DNA of 42,379 bases. Origin: a virus (taxonomy: Duplodnaviria; Caudoviricetes). Location: the IMG/VR virus record IMGVR_UViG_3300037587_000500, positions 1 through 42,379 of that record; one strand, given 5' to 3'. The translations under genes were made by a program, and so were the position numbers. Numbering within the stretch: the first letter of the stretch is position 1; each line of letters opens with the position of its first letter. The notes below the pieces were generated by a model, which did no database searches, had not been told where the DNA came from, and saw only the letters and a program-made list of their open reading frames with translations. Positions 1 through 7,530 of this stretch are shown here, one piece after another.

Positions 1-127
1 CTGTGGGGTCAGCTGGGACCGTGACGATGAGGCGCCGGCGTGCAAGACCAATGAGCAGTTGGGTCATGAGACTCTGGACAAACTGAAAGCTGAGGTAAGT
101 AGCGCACCAACGTGCCAGGTGTGCTTC
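1..127. repeat. 127-bp terminal direct repeat, identical to 42253..42379 (circularisation overlap)
   Basis: Exact match of ctgtggggtc...gtgtgcttc at both ends; 127 is a common assembler k-mer size. Confidence 0.95.
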
Positions 128-198
128 GATGCTGAAGCAACCATGCAGCGTGACGATGGTACGTATTGTTGCGGTTCATGCATGTATGGAGAAAAGTG

Positions 199-516
199 AT
201 GATCAAAAATAATGAGCACGCAATCGAGGTTCAGAACCGGCGCTATGACAGCGGCAAGAAAGGTGTCGCCAAGTCGGTGCGTCGATTCGTGATGTCACAG
301 TACGGTCGACCCTTGGTCATGGTTCCTGAAGTCAGAAATGAAGCTTTCTATCGCTTCACTGGGTGCGATGGCATGCACCAGCGTTGCCGTGAGCTAAAGC
401 CGACCCCGAAGCCACTGTGTGAACATTGGTCGAACTGTTCATGCGGCGGTGGAGCTGAGCAGTGCCCTGATCCGATTACAGGCCGTCTGTTGTGCGCTGG
501 TGACTCTGATGACTGA
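199..516 (+). CDS. Hypothetical early protein with C-terminal Cys module CSCGGGAEQCPDPITGRLLC
   Basis: ATG 199 overlaps the stop of the junction-spanning ORF (TGATG); part of the 166..516 ORF. Confidence 0.7.
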   Translation: MIKNNEHAIEVQNRRYDSGKKGVAKSVRRFVMSQYGRPLVMVPEVRNEAFYRFTGCDGMHQRCRELKPTPKPLCEHWSNCSCGGGAEQCPDPITGRLLCAGDSDD

Positions 517-658
517 AGCCTATCAACAAGGTGCCGCTGCACGTCGCAGTGACAACCCTGAACCCGACTGCCCGTATGCACCAGGTACCACCGAGTACTC
601 TGACTTTGCATCCGGGTTCGTTGAAGCTGCGCCGCTGCCGGCGCTGGGAGGAGAGTGA
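509..658 (+). CDS. Rmf/CrpP-fold-like small protein (49 aa)
   Basis: MTEAYQQGAAARRSDNPEPDCPYAPGTTEYSDFASGF fits the AYxxG...CPY...(W/F)xxG pattern; overlaps both neighbours. Confidence 0.55.
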   Translation: MTEAYQQGAAARRSDNPEPDCPYAPGTTEYSDFASGFVEAAPLPALGGE

Positions 659-831
659 TGACCGCGGTCAAACACACTGAAGCTGAGTTGAAGGTGATTG
701 TTGATCGGCAACTTGCGCGAATACGTCGCGGTGAACCGATGGTAACCGTTAAGCATCTGGCGAGCAGGGCGCAGCCGCAACCGAAAGAAGGTGCTGGTGC
801 ACCGTATAGGCTGACCGATGTATCGCGTTGA
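658..831 (+). CDS. Hypothetical protein (57 aa)
   Basis: Read manually: MTAVKHTEAELKVIVDRQLARIRRG...; TGATG coupling, GGAG upstream. Confidence 0.55.
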   Translation: MTAVKHTEAELKVIVDRQLARIRRGEPMVTVKHLASRAQPQPKEGAGAPYRLTDVSR

Positions 832-952
832 GCCGTGGCAGTTGCGGGTGACTTTAGTTGGCAACAAAGAATCTACCCGCATCGTGACGCTGGCAATACT
901 GCGGATGATGCGTCGAGCTAAATTGATGAGACTGTTGAGAGGTGGCAAATAA
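818..952 (+). CDS. Hypothetical basic protein (44 aa)
   Basis: Read manually: MYRVEPWQLRVTLVGNK...RGGK; fills the gap, TAATG coupling to the next ORF. Confidence 0.45.
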   Translation: MYRVEPWQLRVTLVGNKESTRIVTLAILRMMRRAKLMRLLRGGK

Positions 953-1110
953 TGGAACGCGGACCGATCAGGGTGACTGAGAACACAACGCGCCGGTGCC
1001 AGAACTGCAAGCACGCGAAGTCAGGTGCTCTGTTGCTGAAGTGCGCAGCGCATAAATGTAGCGTTCACGGGTTCGAAACCTGTGACAAATTTGAGAAGGT
1101 GGTGAAATGA
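952..1110 (+). CDS. Small Cys-rich protein (52 aa)
   Basis: MERGPIRVTENTTRRCQNCKHAK...KCAAHKC...TCDKFEKVVK; GAGG RBS, ATGA overlap with the next ORF. Confidence 0.65.
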   Translation: MERGPIRVTENTTRRCQNCKHAKSGALLLKCAAHKCSVHGFETCDKFEKVVK

Positions 1111-1535
1111 CAACAACATGTAACGTGAAAGGTGCGGTCTACCCCGGCGCAATGTGCGGTAAAGTCGGCGTTGACATGAACGGCAGTGCTAGTCGCTGTC
1201 ATGCTGAACCTAACAGTTGCCTGCACCAAAGCGACTATGCTGCTCCACCAAGTGTAACTGAGGTGTTGTCAGTTGCACTCAAGGCTATTTGCTTGACCCG
1301 TGACTACGTTGGTGAGTCGACTCTGCCAGCGATCGAGGGGTGGGAGTGGTACGACGCTGGGTGCGCTATTGCTGCATTGATCCCTGACGACGAGTGGACG
1401 GTGCAGTTCCAGCTGCGTGTCGAGAAGTACAAGTCACAGCAGGCATATTGGGGTAGCTGCCCTTGTGGCGGCGGTACGGAACCATGCCCTGACCCGGCAA
1501 CCGGTAAGCCTCTCTGCGGTGAGTCAACAAAGTGA
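1107..1535 (+). CDS. Modular hypothetical protein with C-terminal Cys module CPCGGGTEPCPDPATGKPLC
   Basis: ORF track; AGGTGG RBS; coupled at both ends. Confidence 0.75.
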   Translation: MTTTCNVKGAVYPGAMCGKVGVDMNGSASRCHAEPNSCLHQSDYAAPPSVTEVLSVALKAICLTRDYVGESTLPAIEGWEWYDAGCAIAALIPDDEWTVQFQLRVEKYKSQQAYWGSCPCGGGTEPCPDPATGKPLCGESTK

Positions 1536-1831
1536 CCCAGTCACTGGTCGAGCGCGTCAAGATGCTGCGGTCAGCAATGCTGATCCATAGCTACATCTAC
1601 TACTCGCTCGATGACAGCATTATCACCGATCATGAGTGGCAGCAGCGTGCTGATGAGCTCGTGGAGCTCCAGGCTCAGCTGTTCATGCCGATCGGCTGGT
1701 ATGACGCTGCGTTCGCTGACTGGACCGGTGCCACTGGTGCCCACCTGCCGTTCGATCTCTGGGTGACCGGTAAGGCTGCTTACATCATGAGGCTGTGCGA
1801 GCGTCGCAGCGCTGCAGTGAGCTTCCTCTGA
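1532..1831 (+). CDS. Stand-alone NAD-dependent DNA ligase domain Ia-like protein (Nlig-Ia)
   Basis: IHSYIYYSLDDSIITDHEWQQRADELVELQ matches the LigA N-terminal HxYxYYxxDxPxISDxEYD pattern; no adenylation domain follows. Confidence 0.75.
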   Translation: MTQSLVERVKMLRSAMLIHSYIYYSLDDSIITDHEWQQRADELVELQAQLFMPIGWYDAAFADWTGATGAHLPFDLWVTGKAAYIMRLCERRSAAVSFL

Positions 1832-2145
1832 TGCCTGCTATACGGATCACACCGAGTAGGGAACTGCTGCTGATGGCGCTGAATGAGGTGGGGTCACAGC
1901 AGGTGGCAGCTCGACTGTTCGGCATCAGCAGGGATCTGATGTATGAGTGGTGCAGGCAGCATCGCATAACCCGGGACTGCTACAGGCAGGTGCGTGACCG
2001 GTCAACGGTCGACAGGCTGACGGCCGATGATGTGACGCTGATCAGACAGCTTGAAGGTGAGATGACTGCTTCAGAGGTCGCTGTGAAGTTTGAAACATCA
2101 ACCAGGGCGGTGAAGAGGATATGGAAAAGGCAAACTTGGAAGTGA
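1831..2145 (+). CDS. Double helix-turn-helix protein
   Basis: Fis-like GSQQVAARLFGISRDLMYEW plus an HNH-associated-type HTH LTADDVTLIR...VAVKFETSTRAVKRIWKRQTW. Confidence 0.7.
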   Translation: MPAIRITPSRELLLMALNEVGSQQVAARLFGISRDLMYEWCRQHRITRDCYRQVRDRSTVDRLTADDVTLIRQLEGEMTASEVAVKFETSTRAVKRIWKRQTWK

Positions 2146-2276
2146 CGACTAAGGTCTGCCCGAAGTGCGGTAACACGCACCTGGTGAGACTGTCAACGTT
2201 GAATCAAAAGCGCTGCACCGATTGTGGTGCATTGATTAAGTGGAAGAAGGAGAGTGGCGAAAGTGATTACATTTGA
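2142..2276 (+). CDS. Zinc-ribbon protein (44 aa)
   Basis: Read manually: MTTKVCPKCGNTHL...KRCTDCGALIKW; GTGA overlap. Confidence 0.6.
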   Translation: MTTKVCPKCGNTHLVRLSTLNQKRCTDCGALIKWKKESGESDYI

Positions 2277-2300
2277 AATTAAACTTGTGGAGAGTATCCG

Positions 2301-2456
2301 ATGATTAAGTGCATTGATAATAGTGGTTTCGAAGATCTGCTGACTGAAAACCAAATGTACCCGATAGTTGAGCGGGGTGTGAACGGGTTCCTGGTCGAGT
2401 GTGACAAGGGTGATCTGCGCTGGTTCGGCGGGCTGAAGTTTGAGGTGGTGTTGTGA
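2301..2456 (+). CDS. Small SH3-like hypothetical protein (51 aa)
   Basis: Read manually: MIKCIDNSGFEDLLTENQMYPIVERGVNGFLVECDKG...; GGAG RBS. Confidence 0.6.
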   Translation: MIKCIDNSGFEDLLTENQMYPIVERGVNGFLVECDKGDLRWFGGLKFEVVL

Positions 2457-3043
2457 GCTGGGTTCCGGCGGGGACCACGTTCTTCGATATTGATAAAAAC
2501 GATTCACGGATGATCATCAAATTCTATGCCCGCGGTGACTACATACCTGCGGGTGCATTAACCATCGATCGTCTACCTGGTGTGCTGGCGATCGAAGATG
2601 TCAAGCAGCAGATCGCTGAGAAGCCGTTGGCTGATCGGATGGAGACTGGTGGTCACTCGCCGCCGGCGTCGAAAGTTGCTCATCCGTACCCGATCGGTAG
2701 CCCGGCACACAGGGCATGGTTGGCTGAAGGCAAGCACAGGGCTGCCGCAGCTGCATCAACGAGCGCGGTAACTGCCGACGAGATCCTGCAGCGTGGTGCT
2801 GATCATATCCGTGATCGGGCTGCGACGCGGGACAAGTCGGACGGTGAGCGCACCATGCAACAGATTGTCGCCGCGTTCAACGCCATCTTCGGCACTGAAC
2901 TGACTGAAGAGCAGGGGTGGCAGTTCATGGTGCTGCTGAAGATTGTCAGGAGTGCTAATGGCAAAGTGAACATCGATGACTATGAAGATGAGGCTGCTTA
3001 TGCGGCGTTGGCTGCTGAGGCAGCTTTAACCGAGAGAGGGTAG
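2453..3043 (+). CDS. DUF6378-like domain protein
   Basis: C-terminal half: EILQRGADHIRDRAATRD..ERTM..FNAIFG..GWQFMVLLKIVR..DDYEDEAAYAAL. Confidence 0.75.
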   Translation: MSWVPAGTTFFDIDKNDSRMIIKFYARGDYIPAGALTIDRLPGVLAIEDVKQQIAEKPLADRMETGGHSPPASKVAHPYPIGSPAHRAWLAEGKHRAAAAASTSAVTADEILQRGADHIRDRAATRDKSDGERTMQQIVAAFNAIFGTELTEEQGWQFMVLLKIVRSANGKVNIDDYEDEAAYAALAAEAALTERG

Positions 3044-3047
3044 GATT

Positions 3048-3413
3048 ATGGAAACAGTGAACCATTGGAGCGATTGCGCCCAGCATAACGAACCCGCTAC
3101 GCCGAATGGCGAATGTGATTGCGGTGGTGACGCGCCAAGCGCGGATGCGATGGATGACAAGGTGGACTTTGCGAAGGTGTTCAAGACTGGCGACGTCGGT
3201 CAGATCCTGGTGGTAATCGACGACGGTGAGAAAGGGCCAGAAGTGCAATTCTCATTTGTTCCTGACGGGCTAGGTGTCTGCCGACAGGCGATTCAATTCG
3301 ATGGTGACATTGATACTGCGTGGGACAGTGCTCAGGAACTGTTCGACTCGGTTGATGAAGCGCGTGCGGTTGAGATCATTCAGCCAACACTGAATATGCT
3401 CAGGAACGGGTAA
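3048..3413 (+). CDS. Hypothetical protein with N-terminal HWSDCAQHNEPAxPxGECDCG Cys/His module
   Basis: ORF track; RBS; followed by a terminator. Confidence 0.75.
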   Translation: METVNHWSDCAQHNEPATPNGECDCGGDAPSADAMDDKVDFAKVFKTGDVGQILVVIDDGEKGPEVQFSFVPDGLGVCRQAIQFDGDIDTAWDSAQELFDSVDEARAVEIIQPTLNMLRNG

Positions 3414-3437
3414 CCCTGACACACTGTAACAACCAAC

Positions 3438-3463
3438 AAGCCGCCTTCGGGCGGTTTCTTTTT
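3438..3463 (+). terminator. Rho-independent terminator
   Basis: aagccgcc-ttcg-ggcggttt followed by cttttt. Confidence 0.85.
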
Positions 3464-3475
3464 GCGAGGTGACTT

Positions 3476-3883
3476 ATGAACTGGAACTTCAACCGTGGTG
3501 TGGCGCTGGGCAGTCAGAAGCAGCGTGACATCGAAGCTGAGTATGATGAGCCGTTCGTGGACGTGCTCACCGGGTACGCTGCTATGGGCTACGGCATCGA
3601 CACCACTGCTCGGGTGTTGGGCTACCATGCGTCGACGTTCAGGGCCCTGCTGAAGCGACGGGCTGGTGACTGGGTGATCAAGTGGCCTGCGCTGGTTGAC
3701 CAGGTCATTATGAAGGACCGGGTGCCGTTCACCGATGAGCGTCGAGCTAAGATCAGCAGGGCTGCTGTGCTGCGTGAGGCACGTCGTCGGGCTGAGCGGG
3801 GTGGTGATGCGAGGGTGGAGGGTGATCGAGGTGCTGGGGGTGAGCAGGGTTGCCCTGGTGCCGGGCATCCGTGGCGACGATGA
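3476..3883 (+). CDS. Putative DNA-binding protein (HTH plus NUMOD3-like motif)
   Basis: GIDTTARVLGYHASTFRALL HTH-like; FTDERRAKISRA NUMOD3-like; GAGGTG RBS. Confidence 0.65.
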   Translation: MNWNFNRGVALGSQKQRDIEAEYDEPFVDVLTGYAAMGYGIDTTARVLGYHASTFRALLKRRAGDWVIKWPALVDQVIMKDRVPFTDERRAKISRAAVLREARRRAERGGDARVEGDRGAGGEQGCPGAGHPWRR

Positions 3884-3894
3884 TGCAGTGTGAC

Positions 3895-3922
3895 AAGAGC
3901 CCGGGTGACCGGGCTTTTCTTT
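3895..3922. terminator. Terminator between convergent genes
   Basis: aagagcccgg-gtga-ccgggctttt followed by cttt. Confidence 0.8.
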
Positions 3923-3924
3923 GC

Positions 3925-4548
3925 CTAGCTGATGCGGGTGACTGTGATGATGCGTTGGCCGGATGCTGTGTTGCGGGTTTTAGTGCTGAACTTCTTGTCA
4001 CGAGGTCTGCCAATCACGTGCGCTGCCGCAGGAATCTTCAACCGACTCTCAGTGTCGAAGAATGTCACATCAAACTCAATAGACTGCCCTGCATCCATAT
4101 CTTTGAACGGCCATGACTTGCGAGCCAAGTTGTCGATGTTGACTATTTGGTCAGCACTACTCACACGAGTGATCATCACGGAATCATCGTGAGGACGCAA
4201 GACACTGAAAAACAATTCAGGGTGCTCGCGCTTTAATGTACGAATTCGTGCAACTGCAGGTGGCGCGTCATCCCCACCGAAAGTCACCGACTGACCGACA
4301 GGCATGCCCGTGAAAGGCCACCGCCTGTCGTTTTTGCGATCCACCCTCTTGTTGCGAATCCTCTCACCCTTGCGTGGGACGCGGGTGATGTACACCATCG
4401 CTCGGTTGGGGTATTCAATGCTGAAGAAACAGTCAGGACGCCTTTTCTCAAAAGCATTGAGCGCTCTGACGGCGGGAATCACCTTCTCACGTTTGAACAG
4501 GACACATGAATACACACTCATATACTCGAAAGGCCAGTCAGCCGCCAT
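3925..4548 (-). CDS. Three-repeat protein (3 x WPFxxM...F...TR[VI]; DUF7303-like), putative DNA-binding
   Basis: Three ~55-aa repeats; GAGGAG RBS; own promoter. Confidence 0.8.
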   Translation of the reverse strand: MAADWPFEYMSVYSCVLFKREKVIPAVRALNAFEKRRPDCFFSIEYPNRAMVYITRVPRKGERIRNKRVDRKNDRRWPFTGMPVGQSVTFGGDDAPPAVARIRTLKREHPELFFSVLRPHDDSVMITRVSSADQIVNIDNLARKSWPFKDMDAGQSIEFDVTFFDTESRLKIPAAAHVIGRPRDKKFSTKTRNTASGQRIITVTRIS

Positions 4549-4566
4549 GATAATCTCCTCTTGTAA

Positions 4567-4914
4567 ACCGGCACTAATGTTTGCGCGGCCGTTGTGCCGA
4601 TTATTATATAAGCGCGTGGGCTAGCAGTCAAACTGTCGTGAGAATTGCAGTTGGTTAAAAAGTGATCAATAATCGGCACAACGGCACAATTATCGGCACA
4701 GAGGCCGTGCGAATATAAGTGCCGGTGGTCTGCTTTTTATTCTCTCTTAATATCAACTACTTATAACCATAATCACTCTAATATTGTAGAATCGGCACAG
4801 AAGAACAGATAAAAACGAGATATTGGTAGGGACTGAGTCGATACCTATGCGATCCAAGGGGTTGAGCCTGAAACTGGAACTGTGCCGATGGGTTAAACTG
4901 TCGTGAGAACTGCA
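4567..4914. repeat. CGGCAC box array with direct and inverted repeats (operator/iteron-like; possible ori or pac region)
   Basis: 18-bp perfect IR 4588-4605/4668-4685; further boxes near 4568, 4682, 4692, 4718, 4790, 4880; 20-bp direct repeat AAACTGTCGTGAGAAYTGCA at 4630 and 4895; AT-rich core. Confidence 0.8.
4603..4631 (-). promoter_or_regulatory. Near-consensus sigma70 promoter for 3925..4548
   Basis: TTGACT-17 bp-TATAAT on the - strand. Confidence 0.8.
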
Positions 4915-5033
4915 AAACGCACTAACGGTGTCATTCTGCTGCACCTGCACAATCAACCGGTGAACCGCCCCATTTCACGCCTACACAGCATCGGTGATAC
5001 ACTTCAGCAATAGTTAAATGAACGGTGATGACA

Positions 5034-5492
5034 ATGGCACGATACAAAAAAGGACTGGTGAAGCACGGGTTGCTGGCGGGCCTGCCACACAAACACGCGA
5101 ACTTCGTCATAGAGTACGCGAAGGACTTCAGTCCACGACGGGCTGCTGAGGCGTCTGGCTTCTCCCCTGACACCGGTTACACGCTGCGGGAAGAGCCTGA
5201 GATAGCCGCAGCCATCGACCTGCTCATAGCGACCAGGCTCGAGGCCAGCGACATCGATGCTGAGTGGGTGCTGATGGAAGCGGTGGACAACGCACTGATC
5301 GCCAAGCAGCGGGGCAACATCTCAGCCAGCAACACTGCGCTGACCCTGGTGGCGAAGCATGTCATGGTCGACGCGTTCGCTGCTGACAAGGTCGAGCTGT
5401 CTAGTGCCAAGGACATCGTTGAGCGGCTGCGGCGTGCCCGTGACAGGATGCAGGGTGACCCTAACGATGAGCCTGAAGTTTCGTTCCTATAG
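5034..5492 (+). CDS. terS: Terminase small subunit
   Basis: FVIEYAKDFSPRRAAEASGFS N-terminal HTH; IDAEWVL; upstream of TerL; exact start uncertain (5025-5034). Confidence 0.85.
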   Translation: MARYKKGLVKHGLLAGLPHKHANFVIEYAKDFSPRRAAEASGFSPDTGYTLREEPEIAAAIDLLIATRLEASDIDAEWVLMEAVDNALIAKQRGNISASNTALTLVAKHVMVDAFAADKVELSSAKDIVERLRRARDRMQGDPNDEPEVSFL

Positions 5493-5610
5493 CTGCCTGT
5501 GATACGCTGATCGGGCAGCGGTGGCCGGGCTCGCTCGACTGACCCGTCACCTCAGTCCTCTGGTCGCCGCTGCTTACCCTTTCTGGTGACGCAGCGAATG
5601 GTGACACATT

Positions 5611-5715
5611 ATGGGCAACATCAACCCTTTCAACCCTTTCTTCCTCAGCCCTATGGGCTACGGTAACTTCTGCCTGATGCAGTGCTATTGCGCCTATTGG
5701 GGCATTAATCTGTGA
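5611..5715 (+). CDS. Putative 34-aa peptide coupled to terL
   Basis: MGNINPFNPFFLSPMGYGNFCLMQCYCAYWGINL; GGTGA RBS-like; stop overlaps the terL GTG. Confidence 0.4.
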   Translation: MGNINPFNPFFLSPMGYGNFCLMQCYCAYWGINL

Positions 5716-7271
5716 CATCAATTCAGTCGGCTATGCAGGTCGATAATGAGTTCTATGAATCGGACCATATCGATCTGCGGCTGGCTGACGAGGTGTCGAA
5801 GTTCTATGCTGACCCGTTGGGTTTCGTCATGTGGGCCTTCGACTGGGGCCACGGTGAGCTGAAGGGTTTCGACGGTCCTGATCAATGGCAGCGCGATTCT
5901 CTCAACGACATCGGTGATGCAGTAAAGGAACGCAAATTCAACGGCGTTGACCCAGTCGACCCGATTCAGGTAGCCGTAGCGTCAGGTCACGGGGTTGGCA
6001 AAAGCGCAAAGTCTGCTTGGCTGGCGCTATGGATCATGAGCACCAGGCCACACAGTAAAGGCGTGGTGACCGCCAACACCGGTGAGCAGCTCAAGACCAA
6101 GACGATGTCGGAGATGGCGAAGTGGCGCAGCCGCTGCATCACCGGTCATTGGTTCGAAATGAATGCGATGTCGATGGTGCACAAGGCTTACCCTGACACA
6201 TGGCGCGTCGATGCTCAGACATCACGTGAAGAGAACAGTGAGGCGTTCGCAGGTCTGCACGCTGCTGACTCAACACCCTGGTATCTGTTCGACGAAGCGT
6301 CTGCCATTCCTGAGAAGATCTGGGAAGTGGCGAAGGGCGGGTTGACTGACGGTGAACCGATGCACTTCTGCTTCGGCAACCCGACCAGGAACAACGGCAG
6401 CTTCAAAGAATGCTTCGGTCGACAGTCGCACCGCTGGATCACGCGCCGGGTCGACAGCCGAACAGCGAAGATGACCAACAAGCGGTTGATCAAAACTTGG
6501 GTCGATGACTTCGGTGAAGACAGTGACTTCGTCAGAGTGCGCGTGCGCGGTATGTTCCCGAAAGGTGGCGACATGCAGTACATGCCGAGTGACGTGGTAT
6601 TCGATGCACAGAAGCGCGGCCCGGGGCAGTACCTGGGTGATGATCCACTGATCTGCGGTATCGACCTTGCCCGGGGCGGCGACGACAACTGCATGATTCA
6701 GTTCCGCCGCGGCAAGGATGCCAAGAGTGAGAAGGTCTACCGGATACCGGGTGAGAAGTCCCGCGACAGCATGAAGGTCGTGTCGCTGATCGTCACAATA
6801 CTTGATCGGCACAAGCCTGACGTCAGCTTCCTTGATGTCGGCAGCATGGGTGGGCCGATCGGTGACCGGCTGCGGCAGCTGGGTTATCACTGCATCGACG
6901 TCGGTTTCGGTCACAAAGCTGAAGATGAGCGACTCTATGGCAACAAGACCGCCGAGATGGGTGGCCGATGTCGTGAGTGGCTGCTGGCCGGCGGCGCGAT
7001 AGTGGACAATCCTCAGCTTGAGACTGAGTTGACATCACGTGACTTCAGCCACAACGACAAAGATCAGCTGGTACTTGAGCGGAAGAAGGACGTGAAGAAG
7101 CGGTTGGGGGTGTCACCCGACTGGGCTGATGCGTTGTTCCTGACGTTCGCTCATGCGGTACCAAAGCGCGAAGTGCCTCGGGGTCAACTGGATGCGGCCA
7201 TTGGTGCCCGGCAGCAGAACAGCGGTGACTATGACCCGCTGAAGGCGCTTGATTCACATGAGTACGATTGA
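5712..7271 (+). CDS. terL: Terminase large subunit
   Basis: Walker A SGHGVGKS, Walker B YLFDEA, FGNP motif, nuclease motifs GIDLARGGDD and SPDWADA. Confidence 0.95.
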   Translation: MTSIQSAMQVDNEFYESDHIDLRLADEVSKFYADPLGFVMWAFDWGHGELKGFDGPDQWQRDSLNDIGDAVKERKFNGVDPVDPIQVAVASGHGVGKSAKSAWLALWIMSTRPHSKGVVTANTGEQLKTKTMSEMAKWRSRCITGHWFEMNAMSMVHKAYPDTWRVDAQTSREENSEAFAGLHAADSTPWYLFDEASAIPEKIWEVAKGGLTDGEPMHFCFGNPTRNNGSFKECFGRQSHRWITRRVDSRTAKMTNKRLIKTWVDDFGEDSDFVRVRVRGMFPKGGDMQYMPSDVVFDAQKRGPGQYLGDDPLICGIDLARGGDDNCMIQFRRGKDAKSEKVYRIPGEKSRDSMKVVSLIVTILDRHKPDVSFLDVGSMGGPIGDRLRQLGYHCIDVGFGHKAEDERLYGNKTAEMGGRCREWLLAGGAIVDNPQLETELTSRDFSHNDKDQLVLERKKDVKKRLGVSPDWADALFLTFAHAVPKREVPRGQLDAAIGARQQNSGDYDPLKALDSHEYD

Positions 7272-7314
7272 CGTGCTATTATCGCCCAATAACTGAACAA
7301 CTGAGGATAGGCTT

Positions 7315-7527
7315 ATGTGTGGCGGGTCACCAAGCGCTCCACCTCCACCCCCAAGAGCACCAGAAGCACCACGGTTGCCGGATGCGACACCGACGGATGG
7401 CGCTGGCGCTGATCGTCGTCGTCGTGCGGCAGCAGCCGGGGCCAGTCCGACCAGCACCATCTTGACCGGTTCACGTGGTGTGCAGGACGGTGCTGCGACT
7501 GCAACCAAGACGCTGCTGGGCCAGTAA
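7315..7527 (+). CDS. Small Pro/Ala-rich virion assembly protein
   Basis: MCGGSPSAPPPP...STILTG...KTLLGQ, the usual small gene before the portal in these podoviruses. Confidence 0.8.
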   Translation: MCGGSPSAPPPPPRAPEAPRLPDATPTDGAGADRRRRAAAAGASPTSTILTGSRGVQDGAATATKTLLGQ

Positions 7528-7530
7528 TCG

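Noticed and set aside
2453-3043. Z-base or other DNA hypermodification pathway suggested by DUF6378 plus dUTPase
   Set aside because: No PurZ, dATPase, thymidylate-synthase-like or glycosyltransferase genes recognised
1831-3883. Homing endonucleases at the HTH/NUMOD-type genes
   Set aside because: No HNH or GIY-YIG catalytic motif; only DNA-binding-like parts
4567-4914. CRISPR or mini-array
   Set aside because: Repeats are short, mixed in orientation and irregularly spaced; no cas genes
5500-5590. tRNA gene
   Set aside because: Folds as a long hairpin; no T-loop GTTCRA or cloverleaf
6819-6836. DVSFLD in TerL as another VSFL docking motif
   Set aside because: It lies on a core nuclease strand before a conserved Asp, so it is probably coincidental
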